Source: the human T2T-CHM13v2.0 reference genome, Homo sapiens
Length of the DNA stretch: 64,000 nt
Strand: one strand, 5' to 3'
Assembly (NCBI RefSeq): GCF_009914755.1
Contig: NC_060930.1
The notes below the pieces were generated by a model. The model ran no database searches. It worked only from the letters and a program-made list of their open reading frames with translations, and was not told the origin of the DNA. The translations under genes and the position numbers were made by a program. Positions 51,693 through 64,000 of the stretch are shown piece by piece. Numbering within the stretch: the first letter of the stretch is position 1; every line of letters begins with the position of its first letter.

Positions 51693-52314
51693 CAAGGAGA
51701 TAACCCTTACATTGTTGAAAACATTCTATTTATTAACTTATTTCCTTGCACTTTGGGAAAAGATGATCATCACTTCATGTCAGCAGCAGCACATCTTGGC
51801 TGTATCTAGTGAAACTCCAGCTTTAGGAAACAATTTACCAGCTTCTCGGAATCACTCATCACTCCCCCAGTAAGCCAACTTGATCCCATTGCACACAGTG
51901 GTCCCTCTTCCTTAGCATCATATCTTTCTCCACTGGGTGACCTCATCTTTTAAGGCCTGACTCATAAATTACCTCTGACCTCATCAGAGCTATCTCTTCT
52001 CTCCCTCCTCCCACAACCACTCTTACAGTCCCCTGTTAAAGCCCTGGGGGTCGTTCATGTACACCTTTCCCTTGAGGACTGGAACTGTGTCTTATTCCTC
52101 TTTGTATTTCTACTGCTGATCACGATGTCTGGCCTAGAGTCAATGCTGAGTAAATATTTACCCTACGGTTAGGCAGTGAGTGCAAGAGTGCTTTGCAAAA
52201 TGTTAGGGCCTAAACATATGTGAGGGATTCTTATCTAATATTCAAGGGTTAGTTAATGGTGACTCTCAGACACTGGCTGGTTCTGAGGACATCTTTCTGG
52301 AGAGGTACTTTTCC

Positions 52315-52613
52315 TTTTTTTTTTTTTTTTTGAGATGGAGTCTTAGTCTGTCACCCAGGCTGGAGTGCAATGGCATGATCTTGGATCACTGCAGCTTCTG
52401 CCTCCCAGGCTCAAGCAATTCTCCTGCCTCAGCCTCCTGAGTAGCTGAGATTACAGGCATGCACCACCATACCTGGCTAATTTTTGTATTTTTAGTAGAG
52501 ATGGGGTTTCACCATGTTGGCCAGGCTGATCTCAAACTCCTGACCTCAAGTGATCCACCCACCTTGGCCTCCTAAAGTGCTGGGATTACAGGCATGAGCC
52601 AACACACCCGGCC
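52315..52613 (-). mobile_element. Full-length Alu (AluSx/Sz-like)
   Basis: Reverse Alu. TSD tggagaggt..ttttc at 52298 and 52614. Confidence 0.95.
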
Positions 52614-53119
52614 TGGAGAGGTGTTTTTCTATATCCTTGAGGCTTACTGCAAGGGCTCCTGAAAACCTTTCATGGATGTGCATATACATATGTGTTTGGG
52701 GTATGTGATTGTGTGTATGCCTGTGTGTGAGAAGATGTGTGTCTAAGAAGTATCATTTGTCAGCTGAATGTGTGGGTATTTGTGAGTGTGTGCCAGAGTG
52801 TAGGTGTTTACATGTATGTGGCAATAAGGGGTCCTGGTCCTAGGCAATGTTAGTCATTGTTCTGCCCCTCTTTCAACCAACCCCCTAACCCCACCTCCCC
52901 CAGAGGCTCCCACATCCTCTGAAACTTCTGAGGTGACTTCCTATGTGACCTCTCTCTGTAGGCTGAGGCTCCTCTTTTCTAATGGAACAGAGTTTACCCC
53001 CCAGAAAAGGCATGTGGGCCTCAGGAATAGGAATGGGAATGGAGTGGGAGTTTCCACCTGGTCCTCAGCCTCCAGGAAGAGCCTATGGGCCTCCAGGAAG
53101 AGCCTGTGGAATGACTACC

Positions 53120-53513
53120 AAACCCCACTCTCCCCCTCTCTCATGGCTTCCAGTCTAGGCTACACTCTCCAGGCTCCCTTGCAGCTAGTGTGCCCATGTG
53201 ACCCTTTCTGGCTAAAGGGATGTGGAGGATGTCATCTGTGCCAGATGATCTGTGCTATCTCTGGGCCAGGCCTTCAGTAGCTCGGGTGCCTTCCCCACAC
53301 TCCCTTTTCCTTCTGCCAGCTGGACCCTTGGGCAGGATGACAAGGCCTAGAGGGAGGTACATACTGGGTACCTAAGTCTCCCATAAGGAAGGTCTCCTGA
53401 TAACCTGGCACACCGCTCTGGACTGTTAGGAAAGTGAGAAATCAAATTTGATTCTGCTTGAGGCTTTACATTATGGCAATTATTTGCAACAGCAGTTGCC
53501 TCCCCTGACTAAC
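53120..53513 (+). mobile_element. ERVL LTR (LTR16-like)
   Basis: 'ccaggctcccttgcagctagtgtgcccatgtgac', end 'cctgactaaca'. Confidence 0.55.
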
Positions 53514-54074
53514 AGACACCCACAGGTTAGATGAAGTGAGCCTGAAGTATTTGCTATTTAGTAGGTATGTGTGTGAGAGACAGGGTGAATGTGTGTTTGT
53601 GTAAGAGGAAGACATTGGTGCTGGTGTCTATACAAGAAATCCTTGCCTTCCTGGAGTTGTCAACAAATACCACCTCTTGTATCTGCATAATTCCTCCAGC
53701 CTCCAGCCTCCCCTCTGCCCCACTAGCACCACGCCTTTCTAGGTGCTCTGTCCTCTCCTCCCTCCATCAGTGATGCACCATGGCTGCCTGTTGAGCCTCA
53801 GCACTAATTTGGAAGGGCCACATCAGGCTTCCCCTACCCCACCCCTGGCTCTCTGTGTCCTCATTACTGGCTCTTCACAGAACCACTGGCTTGCCACCCT
53901 CTCTAGTTAGCCTTGAGATCTCAGACTACATGACATGGCCTCATTAAACCAAGCCAAGCAGCCCTTACTCCCAGATTCTCTCTCTTCCTGCGAGCCCCAA
54001 AGGGACCTGTTTGCTTTCATGCATGAGCTGCAAGGGAGTAGAGGAGATGAGTGTTGTTCCATCCTGCATACAAT

Positions 54075-54610
54075 TTATTGAGTACTTACTACGTGCCAGG
54101 AACTTGACAGGCAGAGTCTCTTTGATTCTGCATGCTGACTGTATGAGGTAGGAATAATTATCCCCTTATTACAGATGAAGAAACTAAGGCTCAGGCAGAT
54201 AGAACCCCTGCTCAAGCTCACACAGCTGGAAAGTGGCTGAGCCAGGTCTGCCAGGCCACGGAGCATGATCTTCCCTATGCTGTATTACATTGAATTGAAT
54301 TGAGCAGAATCAGGATTTAGCAGGAGGCAAGTCTTGGAGTCAGGCCAACTGTTTGCCAGCAATTTAAAAAGAAAAAAATAACATGCCTTACTTTACAATG
54401 ATAGCTAACATTTATTGAGCACTTACTATGTGTCAAACACTGTTCTGAATATTTTCCATGTATTAGTTAATTTAACCTTGGGAAATCCTGTGAGGGAGGT
54501 ACTAGTCTTATTATCATTATGGATGAGAAAATCAAGGTTCCAAGACATTAGGTGACTTGACTAAGCTCTCACAGAGAGGAGGATTGTGCTCAGCCAAGAT
54601 TGAACCCAGC
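54075..54610 (-). mobile_element. Two MIR copies (~54075-54290, 54400-54610)
   Basis: 'tttattgagcacttactatgtg', 'acagatgaagaaactaaggctc'. Confidence 0.8.
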
Positions 54611-55619
54611 ACTTTCACATTTCCTCAATTCATGTTCATGATAACCCCGGGAAGTACATCTAATAATTGTGCTACCTGTTTTAGAGGCAGTGGTTAACTG
54701 AACTGCCCTGGGCTCACATAGCTAATTAGAGCCAGAAATGGGACTCCAGTGAATGAGGAGGACAATCTCTCTACTTCGGGACGCATGCTCCTGGGAATTC
54801 TGAGGGAAGTGAGGGAACCACGTGGATATCCATGGGCAGAGTTTCCAGGCAGGAAGGAGGTGCCAGTGCAAAGGCCTTGAGGTAGAAACAGTGAGGAGGA
54901 CGGTGAGGCTGGAACAGAGAGATGGAAAGGGAGAGTAGTAGGAAATGAAGTCACCAAGGTAGTAGATAGGAGCCAGGTTCTTGCAAGTATGTTCACTCTT
55001 TGTTCCAACTCTGAGATTGGCTGCTGGGTGCTAATGTTAAGGATTCTGAGGCTGTGTTTAAACTCAGTGGGACAGAGTCCTCTGGAGCCGGTGTCTCATA
55101 CTTGCTGTTTCTGGCCTAGAGATCAGAGTAGTTAGAATTACCAGAATTACCAGTACAAGTTGTACAGCCTACTGGTGACTAGTGCCAAATGCTGGCCTTC
55201 CCTAAGCACCAGGGCCTGAGTGATAATGGGGGAAGGCACATGTCTGCTCTTTAGAGTGGGACGATCATGGAGCTGGTGGGATTCAGTGAGGGCTCCAAGG
55301 ATCAGAAGACTGATCTTCCAGTTGGGGCCAGGGACCAGAGGCCTGGGGTTGGGGGCTGGCCTCTGTCCCTGTTCCTCTGCCCTTGTGGCTCCTGAGAATA
55401 TGGAGCTTCCACAAATGCCCTGAGGCACCCCTGCCTTACTGGCAGTTACTTTAGACTCTCAGTGAGTGAAGGGGCCACTTTCCTTTCAATATGATTGAGG
55501 CTCTGAGACAAAGCACCCCAATCATTGCCTCAATCCTCAGGTGTACCCGGACATCCACTTCCACAGCCCTCAAGACAGCAGGCAGGGTTGGCATCAGCCC
55601 CTGTTGAGTTGGCCTCTGG

Positions 55620-56320
55620 GTCTGGGTGTCCTTCCTTGCTCCCATCCCCCAGCCTCTTCTCTGCAAGTGGTCAGAGGGATCCTGTTAAAACCCAGGTCAC
55701 ATCCTGTCTTTCTCTGCTCAACCCTGCTCCTGCTCCCAGTGAAGCCCACCTCATGTAGTCAAAGTCCTCACATGGCTCACAGGCCCCAGACAATCTGCCC
55801 CTCACCTCTTGGGTTTTGTCTCCTTCTACTCCCCATTCTTACTCTACAATCTGGGCTCCCCACTGCTTCTCAAATCTGCCAAGGGGAATCCTGCCTCAGG
55901 ACTTTTGCACTGGCTGTTCCCTCTGCCTGGATGCTCTTCCTCCAGATATTTATATGCTAGCTGCTTTGCCTCTTTCAGGTCCCTGTTCCAATATCACGTT
56001 CTCAGCGAGGCCATCCCAGATCACGTTATCAACACTGCGGGCTTCCCCAGGCTTGTTACTCCACTCCATTTTTCCCCAATGCATTTTTATTGCTCAACAG
56101 ACAATATCATTGATTTATTATGATTACTGTTAATTGTCTTTCTCTCTGTCTACTAGAATGTCAGCTCCCTGAGGTCAGAGTTTGTTTGGGTTGTTTTTTT
56201 GTTTTTTGTTTTTTGTTTTTTTTTGCCTGTTTTGTTCACTGATAGTTTCCCAACACCTAGAATGATACTTGGCACAGCACAGACCGTTGAAAACATTGGT
56301 TGAACTTGCAAATGAAATGA
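55620..56320 (+). mobile_element. L2a fragment
   Basis: 'tttgcactggctgttccctctgcctggatgctcttcc', 'ctagaatgtcagctccctgagg', L2 3' tail. Confidence 0.8.
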
Positions 56321-56330
56321 ATATTCTACA

Positions 56331-56538
56331 CTGCACTGCCCAATATAGTAGCTGCATGTGGTCATTCAAATTTAACTTCAAATTAATAATAATTGATTAG
56401 AATTAAAAATTTAGTTTCTGAGTCATAACAGCCAGATTTCAAGTGCTCAGTAGTCACATGGGGCTAGTGGCTACTGGATTGGACAGTGCCACTGTGTGAC
56501 ATTTCCATCAACACAGGCAGTGCTATTGGATGGTGCTG
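56331..56538. mobile_element. MER3 hAT-Charlie element
   Basis: ~208 bp. 'atttcaagtgctcagtagtcacatggggctagtggctac', ttcta flanks. Confidence 0.8.
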
Positions 56539-57169
56539 TTCTAGAACATGCTATGCAGCCCTATCCATGTACCCAGCAAGTGGTATTAACACTGTCATTT
56601 TCTATGTGAGCCCTCATGCACCAAACAGGTGGGCCAGTCCAGGTGATGTTGTCCAGCTTTGGGGAGTTCACACAAGGGATGAATTTGTCTTGGAGGCTTT
56701 GATCTAGACCTCTGAGCAGTTCCCCATTCTCTCTGAGGCTCTGGACAACTTCATCCCTCCTTTATGACTCTTCCAGTTCTCCATGGTTCCTAAGACCTCT
56801 GGGTTCAGCGTGCCCTCTCTGGGATTCTCTCAGGCCTAGCTCAAGCTTATCTGCCCACTGGAGTGTTCTCTCTGCCTCCCATACTCAGCCTGTGCCCCAG
56901 CCCCTTCCCAAGGCTTGGCCCCACTGGCAAAGCTGCCTTGCCTTCCCCACAGTCCTCAAATAGGGCCAGCCCTTAGCCAGCCTGTGTCTTTGGGCCCCCT
57001 CTGGTCCTTTGTTTCGATATTCTGGTTCCTGCTTTTCTGCCTCTCATGTTCAAGCTACCCAGCTACCCATTACACATCTGACACATTTCTATTGAGAAAA
57101 ATCCCTCATAGATCCAATAACAATGATAGATGTCATCGGAATACCTGCCATTAGCAAGAGAAGCTGAAG

Positions 57170-57425
57170 AGGCAGCAGGGTACAGTGGATATGCACACAG
57201 GCTCTGGAGTCAGACTGTAGGGTTCCAATCCTGGTTTTGCACATACCAGCTGTAATACCTTATCTTGGGCAAGTTTCTTAATCTCTCTGTGTTTGCTTCC
57301 TAGAAATATCCCCTTTCTGTAAAATGGGGCGTTCATAATCTCTGCCTTATAGGGTTGTTATGAGGATTCAAGGAGTCATGATTCATAAAGTACCTAGGTC
57401 AGTGCCCGGCACAGAGTAAGCCCCG
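57170..57425 (+). mobile_element. MIR
   Basis: 'ggctctggagtcagactg..ggttccaatcctgg', 'ctgtaaaatgggg'. Confidence 0.85.
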
Positions 57426-58019
57426 CATGAGGGTCTGTTACATAAAGGAGTGGGCCATGCTTAACCCATGTAACCCCAAGGAAATGCCTCTCTGATGGTG
57501 GAAATCCAGGCCTCAGGGATTTGTGGCTGGCAAACCTCATGCAGGCTAGAAACTAGGAGACTCGGGCAGTGCCTGACCCTGGCTGGGCTGGCAGGGAGGC
57601 ATCTTGGCTTCAATACTTGCAGCAGAATGGGTCCCCCCTCCAACCCCCCATGAAACTATTGTTCAGAGTTCATGTGGAGGAAGTGTTAGTAAAGGCCTGG
57701 CTGAGCAATGGCAGAGATGACAGGAAATTAGGCCAAAGAAAGCTGAGCCCCAGCAGGCTGCCTCTGTGCTCATCTCCCCAGCGTTAGGCCTTACCTGGTG
57801 ACAGGTGAGGATCACTCGTTGGGAGGCCCTGTGTTTGCTCCCTGACTTGGGAGGCATGGCAGATGCAGCTGCCAGGCAAGGACTTGGGAAAGTCGCAGCC
57901 CAAGTGTTTGGTGGAGGCAACAGTGTCAGGGAGGGAGCGTCGCCCTCCTCCATGGGGCTCCTTCATGGAGGGGATAAAGCCAGGAGGTGGGAATCCAGGC
58001 ACTGGCACTGCACCACCGG

Positions 58020-58200
58020 GGCTCAAGCCCCAGTGCTGTCACTGACCAGCAGTGTGACCTTGGGCAAGCCACGTAACCACCCTGTAAGAGGGAGCAGATG
58101 ATACAGCCCCGTCGCAGGGTTGCTACGAGGATGAAATGAGCGAATCTCTGTGATTTGAACAGTGCCTTGTCCCTAGTGAGTGCTTAATTTGTGCTAGTGT
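58020..58200 (+). mobile_element. MIR fragment
   Basis: Core 'gtgtgaccttgggcaagcc'. Confidence 0.75.
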
Positions 58201-59767
58201 TTGTGACTGAGGACAGAGAAGTGAATCCAGGCCTGAGGCTGGATACTGGCTCATGGATCAGGTGCACAGCCAGCTCTGCAGGCCAGCCGTCTGAGGTCTG
58301 GCAGTCTGTTTTGGTGCAGGCCACTGGGGCCAGCCTGCGCGCTGATCCAGGCACTTCTCTTGCTGACTAACCAAGGTGTCTGCTTGCTCTTCCCAGTTCT
58401 CCTCTGCCCTCACCATGCACAGATCCTAGGAACTCCAGGTTGAGAAGGACCCTGAGAGCCCCCTTGCTCATCAGCGCCTCCATAGCAGGCCCACCTGGCT
58501 GTCAGCACCCTCTGCTCACACACTTCCAGGACATGCCAGGCAGTCATCCTAGCTCTGGACAACTCTGAGTGACTCATGGGGGCCGTGGTCTGACAGACTG
58601 CGTCTTCCTCCCACCAGCCCAATGCAACCCCACAGCTGCCCAGAACAAGCCTGTTTCTTTCTTTTGGACATGTTGTTGCTTCCCATATTGTGAGGCCACT
58701 CTCTCATCCCACCTTGAAGAATTCACATTTCCATTTCCTCCAACCATTTCCTCATAGCACAGTTTCTAGTTTGCTGGCAGGCTGCCCCGTCTGATCATAC
58801 CTGATCACATGTCAGTTTGTCTTTGGCCCTTCTCTTTGGGGGTTCTCAGTAGTCAGACCCTACATTGCCCCAGTCAGACATCACACTTGTGGACACCACC
58901 CCCTCCCTGGAAGTACACTGGATTCTCTAGAAGCCACATCCCACTGGTGGTCACACTGAGCAGACTGTCAATGGAGAGGCCCTGTGCTTTCCCAGGACTG
59001 CTGTTAAGCCACATTGCTTAAACAGTGTCCCCACGACTGCAGGCTCAGCCAACCCAGGCAAGCTCTTGAGCCCATGTAAGGCCTGCCTCTCTCTCTCTCA
59101 TTCTGTGTATGTGTGTGTGTCCTCATTCAGGTCTCCACAGATATAGAAGTCTTCTCTATTTAATTGTATTTAATTGTCCTTAGCTTCCAGCCCCCAGGGA
59201 CTGGGTTGGCATATCTTAGAGGAAAGAGTGTAGGCTTTGGACTCAGACAGAAATCTCTCTTTGAAGGCTAGTTCTGCCCCTGACCAGATGTGTGACTGTA
59301 GACCATGTGACTTTCCTCTCTCTGAACCTCTGTTTCCTCACATGTGAAATGGGAGAGTAATACTAGCCTTCTGTGGTGAGTGTGAGAAATCAAGTACAAT
59401 AGGAATAAACATGTCTGCTCCCTTCCTGGGTCATTTGGTACCACAATGGCGATGACTACAATGATGCTACTTGTCATTTATCTCCTGGAGGAGCTGAGAA
59501 GAGCTTGTTCAACAACAACTCATCACTTGGAGAAAAAATGCAGAAGGTGTCAGATCAATTATACCTTGTTATAAACACAGACGTGTGCAAAGTGAAGATT
59601 CCCCACCAGCTGTGCCCAAGTCACGCTAGAACAGCCAGCAGACACCAAGTAAACACCACCTAATGATGAACCTGGTCGGACCATTCACGCCAGTTGGCAG
59701 ATCCATAATTTCATGGGGGCATCACCCGGAGCAAAGCCAGCACCAGCCTCCTTGAAAATGCTATCGT

Positions 59768-59866
59768 ATGCTCTCTTTGGCAGCATTTCCATTAAAACTG
59801 GAACCATGCAGAGGTCAGCATGGCCCCTGCAGAAAGATGACAGCAAATTTGTGAAGCATTTTATAT
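59768..59866 (+). pseudogene. U6 snRNA retropseudogene (near full length)
   Basis: Aligns end to end with U6 (GTGCTCGCTTCGGCAGCA...AGCATGGCCCCTGC...GTGAAGCGTTCCATAT) with about 20 substitutions and two small deletions. No U6 PSE/TATA promoter evident upstream. May be RNU6-250P (recollection, unverified). Confidence 0.92.
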
Positions 59867-60165
59867 GAAATTCTGGTACATGCTACAACTTGTGTGAATC
59901 TTGTGTGATTCCACTTATATAAAAGACCTGGAGTAGTCAAATTCATAGAGACAGAAAGTAGCAGGGTGGTTGCTGGGTGCTGGGGGGAGTGAGGAATGGG
60001 GAATTCTTATTTAGTGAGTACAGAGTTTTAGTTTGGGGTGATGAAAAAGTTCTAAAATGGATGGTGACAGTGACTGCACAACAATATGATGTATTTAGTG
60101 CCAGTGAACTGTCCACTCAAATGTGGTTAAAATGGTAAATGTTATGTATATTTTACAATAAAAAA
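59867..60165 (+). mobile_element. L1MB-like 3' terminal fragment fused to the U6 copy
   Basis: 'agtagtcaaattcatagagacagaaagtag', 'gatgaaaaagttct', 'ggttaaaatggtaaat', ending tacaataaaaaa. Confidence 0.88.
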
Positions 60166-60734
60166 TGGCAAAAAATATCGCAAAGCCAATTCTACCAGGT
60201 GAGCAGGAAGAGGAGAGGTTGTTGGAAATAGATGTGTCACTTCAGGGAGGCTGATGAACATATGGGTGGCAGTCACCCTCGGCAGGGGCTTCTTGGTTCT
60301 ATTGTCTATGGGCTTGGGTGGTCCTGTCAGATCTGGGGAAGGAGACAGCATTTGGGGAGGGGTAGAAAGAACCCCTGGCCATCTGATGCTATTCTACATG
60401 TGCCCCAATGGATGAAGAGTAGAGCAACTCCAGAGCAGAAGTTGGCAGGAATCAAATGCCTGGGAAGAAGTCGCTGAAGATCCAGCATGGTGGTTCACAG
60501 CAGCTGGGCCTGGGTTCAAATCCTGCTCTAGCAATGACTAGCTGCGTGACCCTAGGCAGATTACTTACCCTCTGCCTCAGTTAAATAGGAACACTAGTAC
60601 CTACTGTGTAGGAATATAGTCAGGACTAAATGAGGTAAAGTGTGTTAAATGCTAGGGGTGCCTGGCAATAAATGAAGGAATGGTAAACACTGTATTTTGT
60701 TTCAATGCCAATGGTGAAGTCAACAGTAACACTT

Positions 60735-61051
60735 TGTCTTAGTTTCTTTGTATTGCTTAACAGAATACCACAGAATAATTTATATTTTTAAAAAACAGCA
60801 ACAAAATTTTCTCACAGAACTGGAGGCTGGAAGCCCAAGATTAAGGTGCCAGCATTTGGTCTGATAAGGGCCTTCTTTCTGTATCCTCACATGGCAGCAG
60901 TGGAAGGGCAAGAGAGACAGAGAGCCCCCTCGGTAGCCACAAGCCCTCATGACTTTATCACCCCTTACAGGCTCCACTTCTTCATCCTATCATCCAGGAT
61001 TAGGTTTTAACCTATGAATCTCAAAGAGGACACAAGCATTCAAACTATTGC
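60735..61051 (-). mobile_element. MSTC/MSTD/MLT1A-like MaLR LTR
   Basis: 'tgtcttagtt...ctggaggctggaagcccaagattaaggtgccagca...ggacacaagcattcaaactattgca'. Confidence 0.8.
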
Positions 61052-63469
61052 ACCCTTAATAAAGCAAATCTGGGTAAAATGAAGCCCTCAGTCATTTCAT
61101 GGAGGGGCATTGGGGCCCCACCTTTTCCTTCAATTATAACCATCTCCCTCTGTCAGATCAGAAGCTGTATCATAAGAAGGAACCTGTATCGACCCCCAGG
61201 GTGAATTTGTGCTCTAGTGAAGAAGGTTTACTGACTGTGCCATGCCTGGTGAGTCACTTCCCATGTTTGAGCCTCGCCTTCACAGTTTTCTCACTTGCAA
61301 AATGGGTTCGTAACAGCAATCATATGGTGTCTTTGTGAAAATTAAGTACTATGATATTTGTTCAGTACAGAGTATGCTGCTGAGAGTATGTTTATGCAAT
61401 AAAAAGAAGCCATGATGATGTTTGCATTTGGTATTTGAAGATCAGTTTCAAATGTTGGCCCCACCATCTGCTAGCTGAGCAATCTTGAACAAGGGATTTT
61501 GCTTCTCTGAATCTCAGCCTCCTCATCTGTCAAACGGGAATGAGAACACTACCACCTCCCCCAAAGGACCGTCTGGAAAACCTAAGACGCACATCTACTT
61601 GGACACAGTATGTAAGTGGTGAAGCATTTATAAATGTGAGGTGTCCATTTTTTATAATGGGGACAGCCAGCACTCGTGCATGAATGAGTGACCGAGAAAC
61701 TTATTGACACTTCCTTGGGGGCTGTTCCAAGCTGCATGCCTGGAGGCAGACCCCCTGGTGAGAGACTAGCTGGGCATCCGGCTGCTGAGTTGCTGCATCA
61801 TCCTGCCTGCTGCCTCACCCCACGGAGAGTTGCCCTTTCCACCCAGCAGTCAGGAGGAGCCCACTCAGCACTTCGCTGGGCTGTGTTTCTGCTGATTCTC
61901 CCTGGATACCTCTGTCTCTAACAAGCAGTCTGCTCAGGAAGGAATTAATTAAGGGTGGGGAGAGTGACGACCTATAGCAGGAGGTCTCAGGTGGGCAGCT
62001 GGGAAGCCCCACTCTGTCCAGCCAAGTGGAAGGTCCTGATGCACTCCCAACCCTGGAGTCAGCAGGAGGGAGGGTGGGGGAGCAGAGCCGTCCCCACCCA
62101 CCAGCCATCCTCATGTCCAGGCTGGAGGATGAGGCTCTAACTCCCACTCTGTCATGACTTGTTCAGCCATGAGCAATTCACTTTCCTTCTCTGTGCTTTT
62201 AACATTCTAGAATTTCACAAGAACATCACTGGAAGAGGGGTGATGGGAGCACGGGGGAGGCAGGAGGAAGGGGATGGGATATTGGGGTTGTGGAAGTAGG
62301 GGCAGCAGCACGTCCCTGACCCCGAAAGCACACAGGAGTTAGCATCAAAGTGACCTGGGCTCAAATCCCATCTCCACAATTTATTGACTATATCTTTACT
62401 CCCTTACTTAACTTTCCGTAGCTTTTGTCTTCTTATTTGTAAAAGCAGTTTGCAAACCCAATTTGCAGAGTTATATGAGGATCAGAAGTAATGTACGCCA
62501 AGCACTGGCATACAATATATACTCAATAAATCATTTATATATATAGTGAATGCTTACATACTTTATTATTGTCTATCTTCTATTTATCTTTCTATCATCT
62601 CTTACAGACTAACACCATCCATTCCACCCACCTCGCAGCAGGACCCCTCCTGGTGGCAGAAGATGAGCCGCCTGAGGGCACAGGTAGTTTTAGGGGTTGG
62701 GGTCTCTGCCAGATGGGCAGAGGAGCCTTCCTATGGGATTTGTTCATTAGCCAGGAGCTTTAAGGTGGGGCTGGCCTAGCCTAGAGGTGCACCATCCTGA
62801 TTTTGCCTGTGAATTACTAAAAGCAGCAGTGTAATTATCCTCCTTCCTCTGTCCTGCCCCAAGTCTGGGAGCAGCCAGGGCCTATGGGGACAATGAACAC
62901 AGAACAGAGCCATTAATTGCACACCAGGGTCCCTGGAGGATGGCCATATGGGCCTGTCATCTTAGTGTGGAAGTAATCATGTAAATAAATCACGTGTGAG
63001 TAAATCACAGACTTATCTCATCTGTAATTTTCTGGGAGTCTCTCCAGCACTGTTTATTGAGGTGCATGGGTCTGAAGCCCCAGAAATTGGCTCACTCTCC
63101 TCCCTCTCCTGCTCCAGCTGGGGAGAGGCCATTCTGGGTGGCAGATGGGAGTGAGGCTGATGAGGAGTCGTCCCTGCTCTGCTGGGGTACATGCAGGTGC
63201 AGTGGAGGGTGAACCCCAAACGGGCACGGTAGGAGTAGGGGGGCTGTGTGAGTGAGTGGCCGTTGGCCAGTGTGTGCGTGTAGGTACGTATGTGAGTGTG
63301 ACTGTGCGTCCACTGGCCAGCGTGGAAGCAGCCCTGGGCATGTGAGCAGGGAAAAGGATTGACCTGAGGCTGTGAGCACCTGTGAACATGCACAGGTCGG
63401 GTGAACACTCGAATCAGCGTCCTTACAAAGGCCACATGGCCCTGTGGGGTCTGGCCCCACTGCCTCTCT

Positions 63470-63875
63470 GCCCCATCTCGCCCACCCTGCCCTGCACTCT
63501 GTGCTTCAGCCACCCTGGCCTCTTCGTTGCTCCTCAGAAACACTCCAGCCATGGAGGCTTTGCCCTGGCTCTTCCTTCTGCCTGGAGGGCCCTTCCCACA
63601 GACCTCAGTCCAGCTCCCCTTCAAGTCTTTCCTCAAATCCCACCTTCTCGGTGAGGCCTGCCCTGGACACGCTAGCTAATATTACAACTTACCCACCACC
63701 CCCAGCACCCTGCCATGTCTTGCCTGGGGTTTCTTTTTTGTGTGGCACTCACTGTCTCCCAGCACCCATATCATTTACTCATTTGTGGTGCCTGTTGCCC
63801 GTTTTCCTCTCATAAGGACCAGGATTGCCAGCTGTTTTGTTGACCGATGTGTTCTAAACATCTGGAACAGGAGCA
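63470..63875 (+). mobile_element. L2 fragment
   Basis: 'ttcagccaccctggcctc', 'ccttctgcctggagggcccttccc', 'ctcaaatcccaccttctcggtgaggcc'. Confidence 0.7.
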
Positions 63876-64000
63876 TTTCTTTGCTAGCATAGCTGCCTCA
63901 GGTCTCTCATCTGCATGTAACGTGGGGAGGAGACAGAAGCCATCCAGGTCATAGGGCTGCTGGACAGGCTCAATGGTCGGATATCTAAAAGCACTGACAG

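Noticed and set aside
53068-53109. 21-bp tandem duplication (also a 14-bp direct repeat at 48352-48386)
   Set aside because: Ordinary slippage duplications with no sign of function.
63013-63636. 207-aa minus-strand ORF in the LRFN2 intron
   Set aside because: Partly L2-derived and partly CA-rich low complexity, with no domain or convincing splice context.

Overview
This is human (primate) genomic DNA that I recognise as the 6p21.2 TDRG1/LRFN2 locus. The only well-supported coding sequence is the last exon of LRFN2/SALM1 (minus strand, CDS 43839-44808, ending in the PDZ ligand ESTV); everything from 44809 to 64000 is its final intron. The testis transcript TDRG1 (plus strand, about 30300-31785, two exons, 100-aa ORF at 31208-31510) lies convergent to it. 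Positions ~13000-29350 are a deeply nested pile of L1, MaLR, Tigger and Alu insertions, and the rest is rich in MIR, L2, Alu, LTR and hAT fossils. Five observations stand out. (1) TDRG1 appears to be one half of an old, diverged ~3.7-4 kb head-to-tail duplication (copy A ~29700-33620, copy B ~33620-37690). (2) Only copy A carries a symmetric promoter module of inverted CCAAT boxes plus four MYB sites in a palindrome, with a perfect antisense splice donor nearby. This resembles an A-MYB-driven bidirectional (pachytene-piRNA-like) promoter, which is inference. (3) A 585-nt AG-free polypyrimidine zone precedes the LRFN2 last exon. (4) An ancient U6/L1MB chimeric retrocopy lies at 59768-60165. (5) A decayed Ty3/Gypsy pol fossil lies at ~38000-39640. 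Repeat subfamily names and boundaries are by eye and approximate; no alignments or database searches were run.
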